Assembly (NCBI GenBank): GCA_965112635.1
Contig: OZ218778.1
Coordinates: 256,001-320,000 of the forward strand
Length of the DNA: 64,000 nt
Reading direction: 5' to 3'
Source: an uncultured bacterium
Lineage (GTDB): Bacteria > Oederibacteriota > Oederibacteriia > Oederibacteriales > Oederibacteriaceae
In this document: piece by piece, positions 13,054-21,869 of the stretch
Position numbering within the stretch: position 1 is the stretch's first letter
Layout of the letters: every line of letters begins with the position of its first letter
The notes under the pieces: generated by a model
The model's input: the letters and a program-made list of their open reading frames with translations, nothing else
Databases searched by the model: none
Told to the model about the DNA's origin: nothing
Program-made: the position numbers and the translations under genes

Positions 13054-13872
13054 TTATGGGCGTTTTTTGGCCAGTCCCAGGAATGATACGACGACCAGCA
13101 ACAGAACCGGCATAACCCCAAAACAAACCACGATGAAAGGGCCCGTGGGCATATCCAACCCGTAGCTGACGGCCATGGCCCCCAGGCTAACGATGAACCC
13201 GAAAACCCAACCGAAGATCAGCCTGGCCTTTATGGTGGTAAAAAAGTATGTGCTAATCAGCGAAGGCACGATCAGGTACGAGAAGACCTGCAGGACACCC
13301 GCGATGCTCACCGAGGAAGTGATGACGATCCCGAACAGCACATAGAACAGCAGGTCCCATCCCATGGTCCTCTCGGTCCGGCGCCCGAAAGAAACATCCA
13401 GTAGGGGCTTGCGGAAAACATAATGGATCAACCCGACCACCGCGTAAATGACCGCCGTCTTGACCACATCATGCCAGGTCACCCACAGGATCTGCCCGGC
13501 CAGCAGGTCTTTGATGTGTTCCAGGCCGTGGGCCAGCCTGTTGGCCACCAGCACGACCGCGGCCGAGGAAAGGGCGAAAACAACACCAATGATCGCTTCC
13601 TGCGAGAACATGCTTTCTTGTCTCCGGGCCAAGGCGAATATCCCAGCCGCCAAAAAGGTCGAACATAAGGAGATGAAATAAAGGGTCAGAGAGTGTTCCT
13701 CGAACCCCAGCAGCAAAGCCACCGAGGCCCCCAGCGCCGCGACCTGGGCCAGGGAGAGATCCACGAAAATCACTCCCCTGGCCAGCACATGCATGCCCAA
13801 GTAGCAATGGATGCCCGCTAAAATAAGGGACATCACAAAAGGCGCTAAAAGGAACTGAATAGCTTCGTTCAT
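13054..13872 (-). CDS. Metal (Zn/Mn/Fe) ABC transporter permease, ZnuB/ABC-3 type
   Basis: FVDLSLAQVAALG, EAIIGVVF, L.GQILWV; abuts the substrate-binding protein gene. Confidence 0.85.
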   Translation of the reverse strand: MNEAIQFLLAPFVMSLILAGIHCYLGMHVLARGVIFVDLSLAQVAALGASVALLLGFEEHSLTLYFISLCSTFLAAGIFALARRQESMFSQEAIIGVVFALSSAAVVLVANRLAHGLEHIKDLLAGQILWVTWHDVVKTAVIYAVVGLIHYVFRKPLLDVSFGRRTERTMGWDLLFYVLFGIVITSSVSIAGVLQVFSYLIVPSLISTYFFTTIKARLIFGWVFGFIVSLGAMAVSYGLDMPTGPFIVVCFGVMPVLLLVVVSFLGLAKKRP

Positions 13873-14778
13873 TTATTTACCCTCAATGATCGAGACAAGC
13901 CGCTCCACCAGGTCGTCAGTGGTCTTGACGGCTGGCTCTCCGCCGACCTCCTCCGGAACCATGACCACCCTCATTCCCGGCACCTCCTGGATGACCTTGT
14001 CGGCAAAGCTGGTGTCAAAGACATTCTCCACCATGATCAGCTTGATCCCCTGCTCTTTGGCCACCCGGATCACTTCCAGGATATGCTTGGCCGTGGGCGG
14101 GATACCGGGTTTTGGCTCCATGGTGATGGGATTCTCGATACCGAACCGGTCAAAGAAATAATTGAGCGTTTTGTGATAGGTGATGATCTTCTTGACGCCG
14201 GCCTTGTTGATTCTGTCCAGCCATGCCTTGGTCTTTTCCTCCAGTCGTTGCTGCATTTTTTTGGCGTTATCCATGTAAAGATCGGCGTGTTCCGGGTCCA
14301 TTTCTCCCAGATGTTCGGCGACTTTGATCGCCACCTGTCCTACCCGGATGGGATCAGTCATAAAGTGGGGATTTCCAAAAGGATGGACATCTCCTTCTGC
14401 CCTGGAAACCTTGGTATTGGGAACCTCGATGGTCTCGATGAATGGCCCCACCTCCAGATAACCGGCAGTTCCCGGCATGACTTTGGGATTGCGCGCCCCC
14501 TGCAGGATGGGAGGCAGCCATCCTATCTCCAGCTCCAGCCCGATGGACACTACCAGGTCAGCGCGATTGACCTTGACCATATAGGAAGGTTTGGCCTCTA
14601 TGTAATGGGGGTCCTGGGTCCCTTTGGACAGGGACTCCACGGTCACATGATCCCCGCCGATCTCCGAGACCATGGCGGCCAGGTCCGGGATGGTTGTGAT
14701 CACGTTAAGTTTAGCCTGCGCTGGTCTGGCCAAGGCACACGCCACGACCAAACCAAACATCGTTAATGTTCGTTTCAT
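13873..14778 (-). CDS. Metal ABC transporter substrate-binding protein, ZnuA/TroA type
   Basis: Signal peptide, QDPHYIE, GLELEIGW, DVHPFGNPH, TYH. Confidence 0.9.
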   Translation of the reverse strand: MKRTLTMFGLVVACALARPAQAKLNVITTIPDLAAMVSEIGGDHVTVESLSKGTQDPHYIEAKPSYMVKVNRADLVVSIGLELEIGWLPPILQGARNPKVMPGTAGYLEVGPFIETIEVPNTKVSRAEGDVHPFGNPHFMTDPIRVGQVAIKVAEHLGEMDPEHADLYMDNAKKMQQRLEEKTKAWLDRINKAGVKKIITYHKTLNYFFDRFGIENPITMEPKPGIPPTAKHILEVIRVAKEQGIKLIMVENVFDTSFADKVIQEVPGMRVVMVPEEVGGEPAVKTTDDLVERLVSIIEGK

Positions 14779-14796
14779 AATGGTCCTCCTCAACGT

Positions 14797-15894
14797 TTAG
14801 TAAGAATGGGCGGGATGAGCGCCGATGGTGATGTTCATTTGCACGCTGACTTTATTCTCAGGGGTACCTAGCCCGTCCTCCAAATGGTCGTACTGTAGCC
14901 TAAAACCTGAAAACTCGGAAGGCAGCAGCGCCAGCAGCACGCTTTCTTTTTTCTGGGTCTGGACTATTCCCTGCTGGGCCGCGCTAATATCCTGGACTCC
15001 CGCCTGGGCATCTTCAAACCTGGCCTGGATCCACCACAGTTCGGCGAACTGGTACTGCACCCAAGTGGCCATGCCACTCTGGAACTCTCCGTTGGGGTCT
15101 CCTTTAAGGTCAGCCCAGAGGCACTCCGTGTTCCAGATCATGGAGTTGTATTTGCCGCCCACCAGGGGACGCCATTTAAAGGTCAGGTCCGAACCATAAA
15201 CCTGGGAGTAGGAGCCGTACTGGTTGTTTCCTTCAGTGCCGGACACACCCCAGTCCATCGTGGTCTCTTCGGTCAAGTCCCAAAGGTTCCTTAAATGGAC
15301 CAAAGACGCCGGGCTGTTGCGGTCAGGACTATCGTAGAGGATGGAGTTGGTCCCCTGAAATTCCTGCACCGTGAGCTCCATGAACCAGTCCGTGGGCATC
15401 AAAAAGGCGCCCGAAACGCCCACTCCGCTCAAGCTGTCTCCCACCAGCTCCTGGTCGATCAGGGGCGCGTCAATGAAGGGAAAGGCATGGGTATGCATGG
15501 TATTGTGGCGATCCAGGGCGGTCTTAAATTTCCCCAGTTTAAAGGTCATGCCTGAAAGATCGATGGTTTCCACAAAGACCTCTTCGGGGTCGATCCCAAA
15601 ATCTGAAGTCGGGGAGTCCTGACTGATGGAAAGCAGGGCATTGGCGTGGAAATAAGGGTCCACGTCGGAAAAGAACTGCATCTCCGCTTCCTGCAAATAG
15701 AACCCGTTTAACTCATTGGGAAACAATGTGGAAGTATCGTTTCCCCTGTTACTGTTCTGATAAAGGGTTAAAAAATTAACTGATGTATCGGGATTGGCGT
15801 ATTTGGTGTTGGCATTGACCTGGGCCGTCAGGGGCAAGGCACACAGGAGGGCCGCTGCCATGAATACACCTATGCCCGAATATAATTTAGACAT
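14797..15894 (-). CDS. Outer-membrane beta-barrel protein of a metal-uptake operon
   Basis: Signal peptide, VDPYF, N.MHTHAFPFID, C-terminal GAHPAHSY; directly upstream of ZnuA-like gene. Confidence 0.7.
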   Translation of the reverse strand: MSKLYSGIGVFMAAALLCALPLTAQVNANTKYANPDTSVNFLTLYQNSNRGNDTSTLFPNELNGFYLQEAEMQFFSDVDPYFHANALLSISQDSPTSDFGIDPEEVFVETIDLSGMTFKLGKFKTALDRHNTMHTHAFPFIDAPLIDQELVGDSLSGVGVSGAFLMPTDWFMELTVQEFQGTNSILYDSPDRNSPASLVHLRNLWDLTEETTMDWGVSGTEGNNQYGSYSQVYGSDLTFKWRPLVGGKYNSMIWNTECLWADLKGDPNGEFQSGMATWVQYQFAELWWIQARFEDAQAGVQDISAAQQGIVQTQKKESVLLALLPSEFSGFRLQYDHLEDGLGTPENKVSVQMNITIGAHPAHSY

Positions 15895-15921
15895 AGTTTT
15901 CTCCTTAATTTTTTAGTTGAC

Positions 15922-15945
15922 GAACCTGTAGCGTTTAACAGGTTC
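15922..15945 (-). promoter_or_regulatory. Hairpin between the uORF stop and the RBS of the OM protein gene
   Basis: Perfect 8-bp inverted repeat GAACCTGT-N8-ACAGGTTC. Confidence 0.5.
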
Positions 15946-15961
15946 TACGGAACCTAACGAA

Positions 15962-16228
15962 TTAGGAGACGGCAGGCGGAGCCTTGTTGCTGATCAGTTC
16001 CTTGGCTGGAGTGGGTAAAAAATCAGGGATGGGATTGGGTAAGAATGAAATGAATTCGAACTGGGGAGTGATGACCACGGCCTCTACCGTGCTGACGAAT
16101 ACGCATTGGCCCCAGTTGCACGCTAAACAATGGTCATCGGGTTCATCCAAGGGATGGTTATGGAGGAATGGGATAGCTGAAAACCACAAACACAGAACGA
16201 TAAATAATATTTTTTTGGTCAGTGTCAT
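15962..16228 (-). CDS. DUF2946/CruR-like small upstream ORF (signal-like N-terminus, HxH, CxxC, C-terminal KAPP)
   Basis: MTLTKK-hydrophobic stretch-HNH...HCLAC...NKAPPAVS; located immediately upstream of the metal-uptake operon. Confidence 0.7.
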   Translation of the reverse strand: MTLTKKILFIVLCLWFSAIPFLHNHPLDEPDDHCLACNWGQCVFVSTVEAVVITPQFEFISFLPNPIPDFLPTPAKELISNKAPPAVS

Positions 16229-16285
16229 GGCTATAAGGCTAACCCTTCTCACCCAATAAAGTCAAGAGAGTAGAAGTTTGTATCA

Positions 16286-16909
16286 TTACTCGTAGCAACC
16301 ACAGTCTTTGCTGCTAGCGTTCTCCCAGCCTTCCCGGCCGATGAGCACGGCAATGCCCAGGCTGGTGACCGAGTCAAACCAGGCCAGCCCGGTCGCGGTA
16401 AAGAGAAACGACCCGGCCAAAAGCAATCCGGACAACCACATGCAGGATAAGGTGCAAAAAGCATCGGCCTCCAGGGCCGGACTGCGCAATCCCTGGGCCG
16501 CCTGCTTTTTATAATGATAGAGGACAAACATCACTCCCAGGGAGATGACGGCAATGATCATGCCGGGCAAACCGGTCTTGGGCCTGAACTTATCGCTCCA
16601 CTCCAGGACCACTCCGGCCGCCAGCAGGACGGACAATAATAAAAGGAACCAGCCGATGATGCGGTGGGCCAGGTGTTCGGCCCCGGCTGTCCGTGTTTTT
16701 TTGGATTCCCTGCGGCTGAAACACCATAGCACCACGACCGCCGAGGCGGTCTCGATAAGGCTGTCGAACCCGAACCCCAAAAGGGATAGGGACTCCGCGG
16801 CCAGGCCGAACCACAGGCTCACCAAAAACTCGGCCAGGTTGTAAAAGACCGAAGCCCAGGCCAAAACAAGGGCCAGCTTTACCCACTGGCGCCGTGGTAC
16901 TTTTTTCAT
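16286..16909 (-). CDS. Cation transporter, CDF transmembrane-domain-only (TMEM163-like)
   Basis: YNLAE, SLLGFGFDSLIE, ALEADA, WFDS; RBS AAGGAG before ATG 16909; C-terminal DCGC. Confidence 0.85.
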   Translation of the reverse strand: MKKVPRRQWVKLALVLAWASVFYNLAEFLVSLWFGLAAESLSLLGFGFDSLIETASAVVVLWCFSRRESKKTRTAGAEHLAHRIIGWFLLLLSVLLAAGVVLEWSDKFRPKTGLPGMIIAVISLGVMFVLYHYKKQAAQGLRSPALEADAFCTLSCMWLSGLLLAGSFLFTATGLAWFDSVTSLGIAVLIGREGWENASSKDCGCYE

Positions 16910-16920
16910 ACACACTCCTT

Positions 16921-16965
16921 AAAAAAGAAAAGCAGCCTTCGCTTAGATAAGAAGACTGCTTTTCT
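16921..16965 (-). terminator. Intrinsic terminator directly before the cation transporter RBS
   Basis: Minus-strand RNA AGAAAAGCAGUCUUC-loop10-GAAGGCUGCUUUUCU (15 bp, one G-U) followed by a U run, then AAGGAG. Confidence 0.8.
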
Positions 16966-16981
16966 CAGAATCCCTAATAGA

Positions 16982-17053
16982 CTAACAGCATTTCCCCTTG
17001 TGAACCTTACCACAACCAGGGCACTTCTTTGCTTTTTTTGTCTTTTTCGCCAT
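16982..17053 (-). CDS. 23-aa Lys/Cys-rich peptide MAKKTKKAKKCPGCGKVHKGKCC (not in ORF track)
   Basis: Manual translation; strong RBS AAAGGAGG, ATG, upstream TATAAT (17075-17080), downstream terminator. Confidence 0.7.
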   Translation of the reverse strand: MAKKTKKAKKCPGCGKVHKGKCC

Positions 17054-17103
17054 ATGCCCTCCTTTCTTTACAGCATTATACTCCAAAAACATTTCAAGTA
17101 AAT

Positions 17104-18150
17104 CTACCCTGCTTTTCTAGCCTCGTCATACATGGCCACGATGTTCTCCACCGGCGTGATGGACTGGATATTATGGCAGGGCGATAGGATATACCCCCCT
17201 CCCTCACCCAAAATCCTGATATTATCCCGGACCTCCTGCCTGACTTCGGCAACCGTTCCAAAGGGCAGGGTCTGCTGGTTGTCCATGGCTCCGTGGAAGC
17301 ACAGCTTGGCGCCGAAGGTTTTCTTGAGCACCTGCCGGTCCATCCCTGCGCAGCGCCACTGGATGGGGTTCAAAATATCCACCCCGATCTCGACCAGGTC
17401 CGGGATGATGGCTAGGATGGCCCCGTCGCTGTGGGTCATGACGTAAGCCCCGTGCTTGTGCACCAACTCCATCATTTTTTTCATCCTCGGTTTTAAAAAT
17501 TTCCTGAAAATAGCCGGGCTGTACAAAAGGGATTCCTGGGTCCCCAGGTCTTCGGCGATATAGGCAATATCAATGTTCCCCTTGGCAGCAATGAGGGTCT
17601 TTTCGTTCAGTTCGTAATGGATCTGGAAGATCCGCTCCAGGGCCGCTTCCACCATCTCCGGATTCTCGTAAAAGTCGGACATGGCCTGTTCCATGCCCCG
17701 CATATAGCTATAAAGCCACATCGGCTCAAAGTAACTTCCCTGGATGGGTCTGCCCTTGTATTCCAGGCATTTGTCCAGGACATTTTCAAAGGTCCACCAT
17801 TTTGGATCCGGCCAGGGATAATCTTCCATCTCCTTGACGCTGGTGATCTTGGCCAGGGGGTTGCGGGCTATCTCATCATAAGTTCCGGCGCCGTTGGCAT
17901 AGTTGACCTTCCGCCACTCCATGCCCCAGATATCCGCCTTGCCCCGTTCCTTGGCATGGGGGTCGTGCAAATCCCCGCCCACCCCCACAACGCGGTCTAT
18001 GTTCAGTTTGGCCCAAAGTTCATCCGGGTTCTTGCATTTCAATTCTTGGAGAAGCTTATCGGTGATCTCCGGTGTTCCCCAGTAATCCGTCGGGATATGG
18101 TCCACGCCTTTCTTGGCTATGGTCGCTCTCCAGCGTTCCTTAGAAGTCAT
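17104..18150 (-). CDS. Uroporphyrinogen decarboxylase (URO-D/MtaA-like) family protein
   Basis: MTSKER, EDLGTQESLLYSP, HSDG, LNPIQ, GGYILSPCHNIQ. Confidence 0.88.
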   Translation of the reverse strand: MTSKERWRATIAKKGVDHIPTDYWGTPEITDKLLQELKCKNPDELWAKLNIDRVVGVGGDLHDPHAKERGKADIWGMEWRKVNYANGAGTYDEIARNPLAKITSVKEMEDYPWPDPKWWTFENVLDKCLEYKGRPIQGSYFEPMWLYSYMRGMEQAMSDFYENPEMVEAALERIFQIHYELNEKTLIAAKGNIDIAYIAEDLGTQESLLYSPAIFRKFLKPRMKKMMELVHKHGAYVMTHSDGAILAIIPDLVEIGVDILNPIQWRCAGMDRQVLKKTFGAKLCFHGAMDNQQTLPFGTVAEVRQEVRDNIRILGEGGGYILSPCHNIQSITPVENIVAMYDEARKAG

Positions 18151-18255
18151 TATTACCCTCCATTGTTCGAAGTGTCCTGTAAATTGGTTAATTCTTGCGC
18201 TTTAACGGCGTAAAGTCAAGCCAACGGCCTGTTCTGCAAAACACCTAATTCTAGC

Positions 18256-18286
18256 TTGACTTTTTAACTATACGCCCGTATAGTTA
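18256..18286 (+). promoter_or_regulatory. Sigma70 promoter overlapped by a palindromic operator (probable TetR site)
   Basis: TTGACT(18256-61)-17 bp-TATAGT(18279-84); perfect inverted repeat TAACTATACG-CC-CGTATAGTTA (18265-18286). Confidence 0.75.
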
Positions 18287-18315
18287 TACAGAGGTATAGA
18301 TATAAAGGAGGCACA

Positions 18316-18957
18316 ATGCCTAGACCTTCGAGTGATTCTGATAAAAAACTTATCCAGGCAGCTTTGGAACTGCTGGACCAGACTGGTTTTAGCGGCCTAA
18401 AACTAAGGCAGGTGGCCGCTAAAGCCAAGGTCAACCTGGGCATGTTCCATTACCACTTCAAAACTAAGGAAGATTTTGAGGCTAAAGTTCTGGAAGCGGT
18501 CTACGAGAGTATGTTCAGCAAGCTCAGCCTTGAATCAACCGGCCCTGAACCTGGCCTGGAGCGTCTGAGGAAGGCCCTGTTCACCTTTGGCCAGTTCACC
18601 CGGCAGCACCGCCGCATAGTCCTGGGCCTTTTGCACGATGCCATGAACGGCCACAAGGGCATCCTGCAGTTCGCTCAAAAGAATTTTCCCCGCCATATCA
18701 AAGTCCTAGTTGACCTCATCCAGGAATGCCAACAACAGGGCTCTTTAGAAAAGTCGGACCCCATGGACGCCCTGATCTTTTTAATGAGTGCTATCAACCT
18801 GGCCAATGCCATTTCCGGCATACTGGAAAAAACTGAGGAACATAAACTCTTCTCCTTCAAGCTCAAGCTCATCCAGTCCCGCTTGATCTCCGACCAAGCC
18901 ATCCAGCGCCGGGTGGACCTGGCTCTCAAAGCCCTGTCCCCGGCCAAAGGAGCCTGA
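18316..18957 (+). CDS. TetR/AcrR family transcriptional regulator
   Basis: N-terminal HTH GFSGLKLRQVAAKAKVNLGMFHYHFKTKE; heads an efflux operon. Confidence 0.92.
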   Translation: MPRPSSDSDKKLIQAALELLDQTGFSGLKLRQVAAKAKVNLGMFHYHFKTKEDFEAKVLEAVYESMFSKLSLESTGPEPGLERLRKALFTFGQFTRQHRRIVLGLLHDAMNGHKGILQFAQKNFPRHIKVLVDLIQECQQQGSLEKSDPMDALIFLMSAINLANAISGILEKTEEHKLFSFKLKLIQSRLISDQAIQRRVDLALKALSPAKGA

Positions 18958-18958
18958 T

Positions 18959-20326
18959 ATGAAAAAATTGTTATCTACCGTTCTATCTTTAGGATGCCTG
19001 CTGGCCGCACAGGCGTCCTCTGGCGCCCCCACCCTCAAACTATCCCTGGCCGAGATGGTCAAGCAGGCCATGCTCAACTCCAACCAGCTCACGGCAGCGG
19101 AACTGGACTGGCACGCGGCCCAGCGCCGCTCGGACCTGGCCGGTTCGGCCCTACTCCCCTATGTGGGCGCACAAGGTTCTTGGAGCCGCGTCTCCATCAT
19201 CCCTTCCCTCAGCCTGTTCCCCAACCAGCCGCCAATGCAATTCGGGGACTATCAGAATTATAACTATGGCCTGGCGGCCAGCTGGACGGTGTGGGACTGG
19301 CTGGGGACTTTTAACAGCGCCGAAAGCAACCGAGAAGCGGCCTGGGCCAAGGAACAGCAATGGCGGACCATGGTCCTGCAGACCGTGCTCACAGCCAGGC
19401 TGGCTTATTTCCAGGTCCAGGCCAATCTGGAACAGGTACGGTTGGCCTCGGACTCCCTCAAGCTCGCCCAGTCCCAGTACAGGGATGTGGATCTCCGTTA
19501 CCACGCGGGCACGGCCAGTAAGATCGACGAACTCTCCGCTCACCAAGAGGTTCTGACCTGGCAAAGGCAGTTCCGCCAGGCCCAGGCTGACCTGGCCGGC
19601 TCCCTGCGCACCCTCTATAGCCTTACCGGCCTGGACCCCCAGGCTGACCTGAGCCTGCCCTACGATAGCCGCCTGGCCGGTAATATGCCTGATAATATAG
19701 GGAATCCAACGGTTTTTGTGGCCCTGGATAACATCCAGGATTCGGCCAAAATCTTGGAGCCGGGCACCCACGATCGTCCGGACAATACCCTTCCCCAGGT
19801 CCAGATCTACCAGGCGCTTTCTGATTCATTCAAAAAACTGGGGTGGAGCGCGGATGCGGCCTTCCTGCCCCGGTTCCAGGTGCAGGCCACAGCCGGTTAC
19901 CAGTATCCCAACGGCCCGGTCCTAGAGACCATTCAGCAAAACACCGTGGCGGTGTCGGCTTCCATGCCTCTTTGGGATTGGGGCAGGACCATCAACCAAT
20001 CCGCGGAAGCCAGAGACCAGTCCCTTACCTATGAAAAACAGCGCGACCAGTCCTTGACCGACCTGGGCCGGAACTGGGACATGGCCCAGGACCAGCTTCA
20101 GGGTCTGCTGGACCAGCAAAAGCTCAACAACCAGTACGTATCCGAGGCCGAGCAGTTGGCTAAACTCGTTTACCAGTCCTACCAGTCCGGCCGTTCCAGT
20201 TTCTTGGATGTCCAGTCCGCCAACTTGCGGGAAATGGAAGCTAAGGTCCAGTCCGTCCGGACCGACATACAGGTCTTGATACAGATGGCGACCCTATCTG
20301 CTCTATCCAAAGGAGGTTCCTTATGA
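18959..20326 (+). CDS. TolC family outer membrane efflux protein
   Basis: Signal peptide, two OEP repeats (LLPYV, PLWDWG, YQSGRSSFLDV). Confidence 0.88.
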   Translation: MKKLLSTVLSLGCLLAAQASSGAPTLKLSLAEMVKQAMLNSNQLTAAELDWHAAQRRSDLAGSALLPYVGAQGSWSRVSIIPSLSLFPNQPPMQFGDYQNYNYGLAASWTVWDWLGTFNSAESNREAAWAKEQQWRTMVLQTVLTARLAYFQVQANLEQVRLASDSLKLAQSQYRDVDLRYHAGTASKIDELSAHQEVLTWQRQFRQAQADLAGSLRTLYSLTGLDPQADLSLPYDSRLAGNMPDNIGNPTVFVALDNIQDSAKILEPGTHDRPDNTLPQVQIYQALSDSFKKLGWSADAAFLPRFQVQATAGYQYPNGPVLETIQQNTVAVSASMPLWDWGRTINQSAEARDQSLTYEKQRDQSLTDLGRNWDMAQDQLQGLLDQQKLNNQYVSEAEQLAKLVYQSYQSGRSSFLDVQSANLREMEAKVQSVRTDIQVLIQMATLSALSKGGSL

Positions 20327-21051
20327 AGAAAAGAATTCCGATCATCCTGGCGGTCATTTTGCTGGTGATCGCGGCCATCATCGTCTGGCAGGTTTGGCTC
20401 AAAGGGCCGTTCCGCTACGCCGGCACGGTCGAGGCCACCGAGGTGGACATCCCTTCCCGCCTGGGTACGGTCATCACTTCTTATGAGGTCAAGGAAGGCG
20501 ACAAGGTCGCCAAAAGCCAGCTTATGGTGGTCTTGTCCGGGGACGAGGTCAAAGTGGACAGCGACGAGGCCGCAGACGACTACCACCGAGCCATTTCTCT
20601 TTACCAGAGCGGTTCCATGGCCAAGGAGGCTTTTAACCATATTAAATCCCGCTGGGAGACGAGCTCGCTGCGGGTCTCCTGGTGCAATGTCAAAGCGCCT
20701 CTGGCCGCCACGGTCCTGACCAAATACCACGAACCCGGTGAATGGGTCAACCCGGGTACCAAGCTTCTGACCCTGGGAGACCTGTCCGAGGTCTGGGCCT
20801 ACGTGTATGTGCCCGAGACCAAGCTCGCTTCCCTCAAATTGAACGGGGAGATCCGGGGCTGGCTGGCCGACACGCACCAGTACTTCCAGGGCAGGATCAG
20901 CAAGATCAACGACGAAGCAGAATTTACCCCAAAAAATGTGCAAACCCAGGCTGAACGTACCCGTCTGGTCTATGGGGTCAAATGCGTTTTCCCCAATCCC
21001 GACGAAATCCTCAAGCCCGGCATGACCATTGAGGTAGAGTTTCCCAAATAA
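20323..21051 (+). CDS. HlyD family periplasmic adaptor (YbhG-like)
   Basis: GTVEATEV, AEFTPKNVQT..ER, LKPGM. Confidence 0.88.
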   Translation: MKKRIPIILAVILLVIAAIIVWQVWLKGPFRYAGTVEATEVDIPSRLGTVITSYEVKEGDKVAKSQLMVVLSGDEVKVDSDEAADDYHRAISLYQSGSMAKEAFNHIKSRWETSSLRVSWCNVKAPLAATVLTKYHEPGEWVNPGTKLLTLGDLSEVWAYVYVPETKLASLKLNGEIRGWLADTHQYFQGRISKINDEAEFTPKNVQTQAERTRLVYGVKCVFPNPDEILKPGMTIEVEFPK

Positions 21052-21113
21052 CGGTTGGCCCTATTGTTCCTGGCCGGTTTTCCAAGCCTATAGGTCGGAA
21101 ATCAGGTGGAAAA

Positions 21114-21869
21114 ATGACGGAAAAAACCCATGTTTCCTTTGAAATCAAAGGGGTTTATAAAAAAATGGGCCTCAACCAGGCCCTGGACGGAATCACCACG
21201 CTTTTTGACGCCTCCACCCTGCACGGCCTTATCGGCCCGGATGGGGCCGGTAAAACCACTCTCCTGCGCTGCCTCATCGGCCTGCTGAAACCCAATAGCG
21301 GGGAGATCCTTTACTTCCAGGAGCAAAGCCAGGTCCCCTTTTCTAACGTCAGGGACGGCCTGGCCTACATGCCCCAGCAGCAAAGCCTGTACCCGGACCT
21401 TTCCATTGACGAACATTTGGAATTTTTCCGAGACCTCTACCAGATCCCGCCGGAAATTTACTCACAGCGTCGCGATGAACTCCTCCAGTTGGCTCGTTTG
21501 GCCCAGTTCAAGGACCGTCCGGCCGGACAGCTCTCCGGCGGCATGTATAAAAAGCTCGGTCTCATGTGCGCCCTGCTCCGCTCCCCCTCGGCCGTACTGC
21601 TGGACGAGCCCACCAACGGCGTGGACCCCATCAGCCGCCGGGAGTTTTGGGATATGCTCTACCGTCTGGTGGGACAGGGTGTCCTGGTCCTCATTTCCAC
21701 GGCCTACATGGACGAGGCCGAACGCTGCGGCAAGGTCCATATCCTGTCACATGGGAAACTTTTGACCAGCGGTGAGCCTGAAAATGTCCTTACCGCGGAA
21801 AAGGTCCGCAACTTCGAGGAGCTTTTTATGAAATATGACCGGCTTGAGACAGCTTTAAAGGAGAGATGA
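21114..21869 (+). CDS. ABC transporter ATP-binding protein (YbhF N-half-like)
   Basis: GPDGAGKTT, LSGGM, LDEPTNGVDP. Confidence 0.9.
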   Translation: MTEKTHVSFEIKGVYKKMGLNQALDGITTLFDASTLHGLIGPDGAGKTTLLRCLIGLLKPNSGEILYFQEQSQVPFSNVRDGLAYMPQQQSLYPDLSIDEHLEFFRDLYQIPPEIYSQRRDELLQLARLAQFKDRPAGQLSGGMYKKLGLMCALLRSPSAVLLDEPTNGVDPISRREFWDMLYRLVGQGVLVLISTAYMDEAERCGKVHILSHGKLLTSGEPENVLTAEKVRNFEELFMKYDRLETALKER

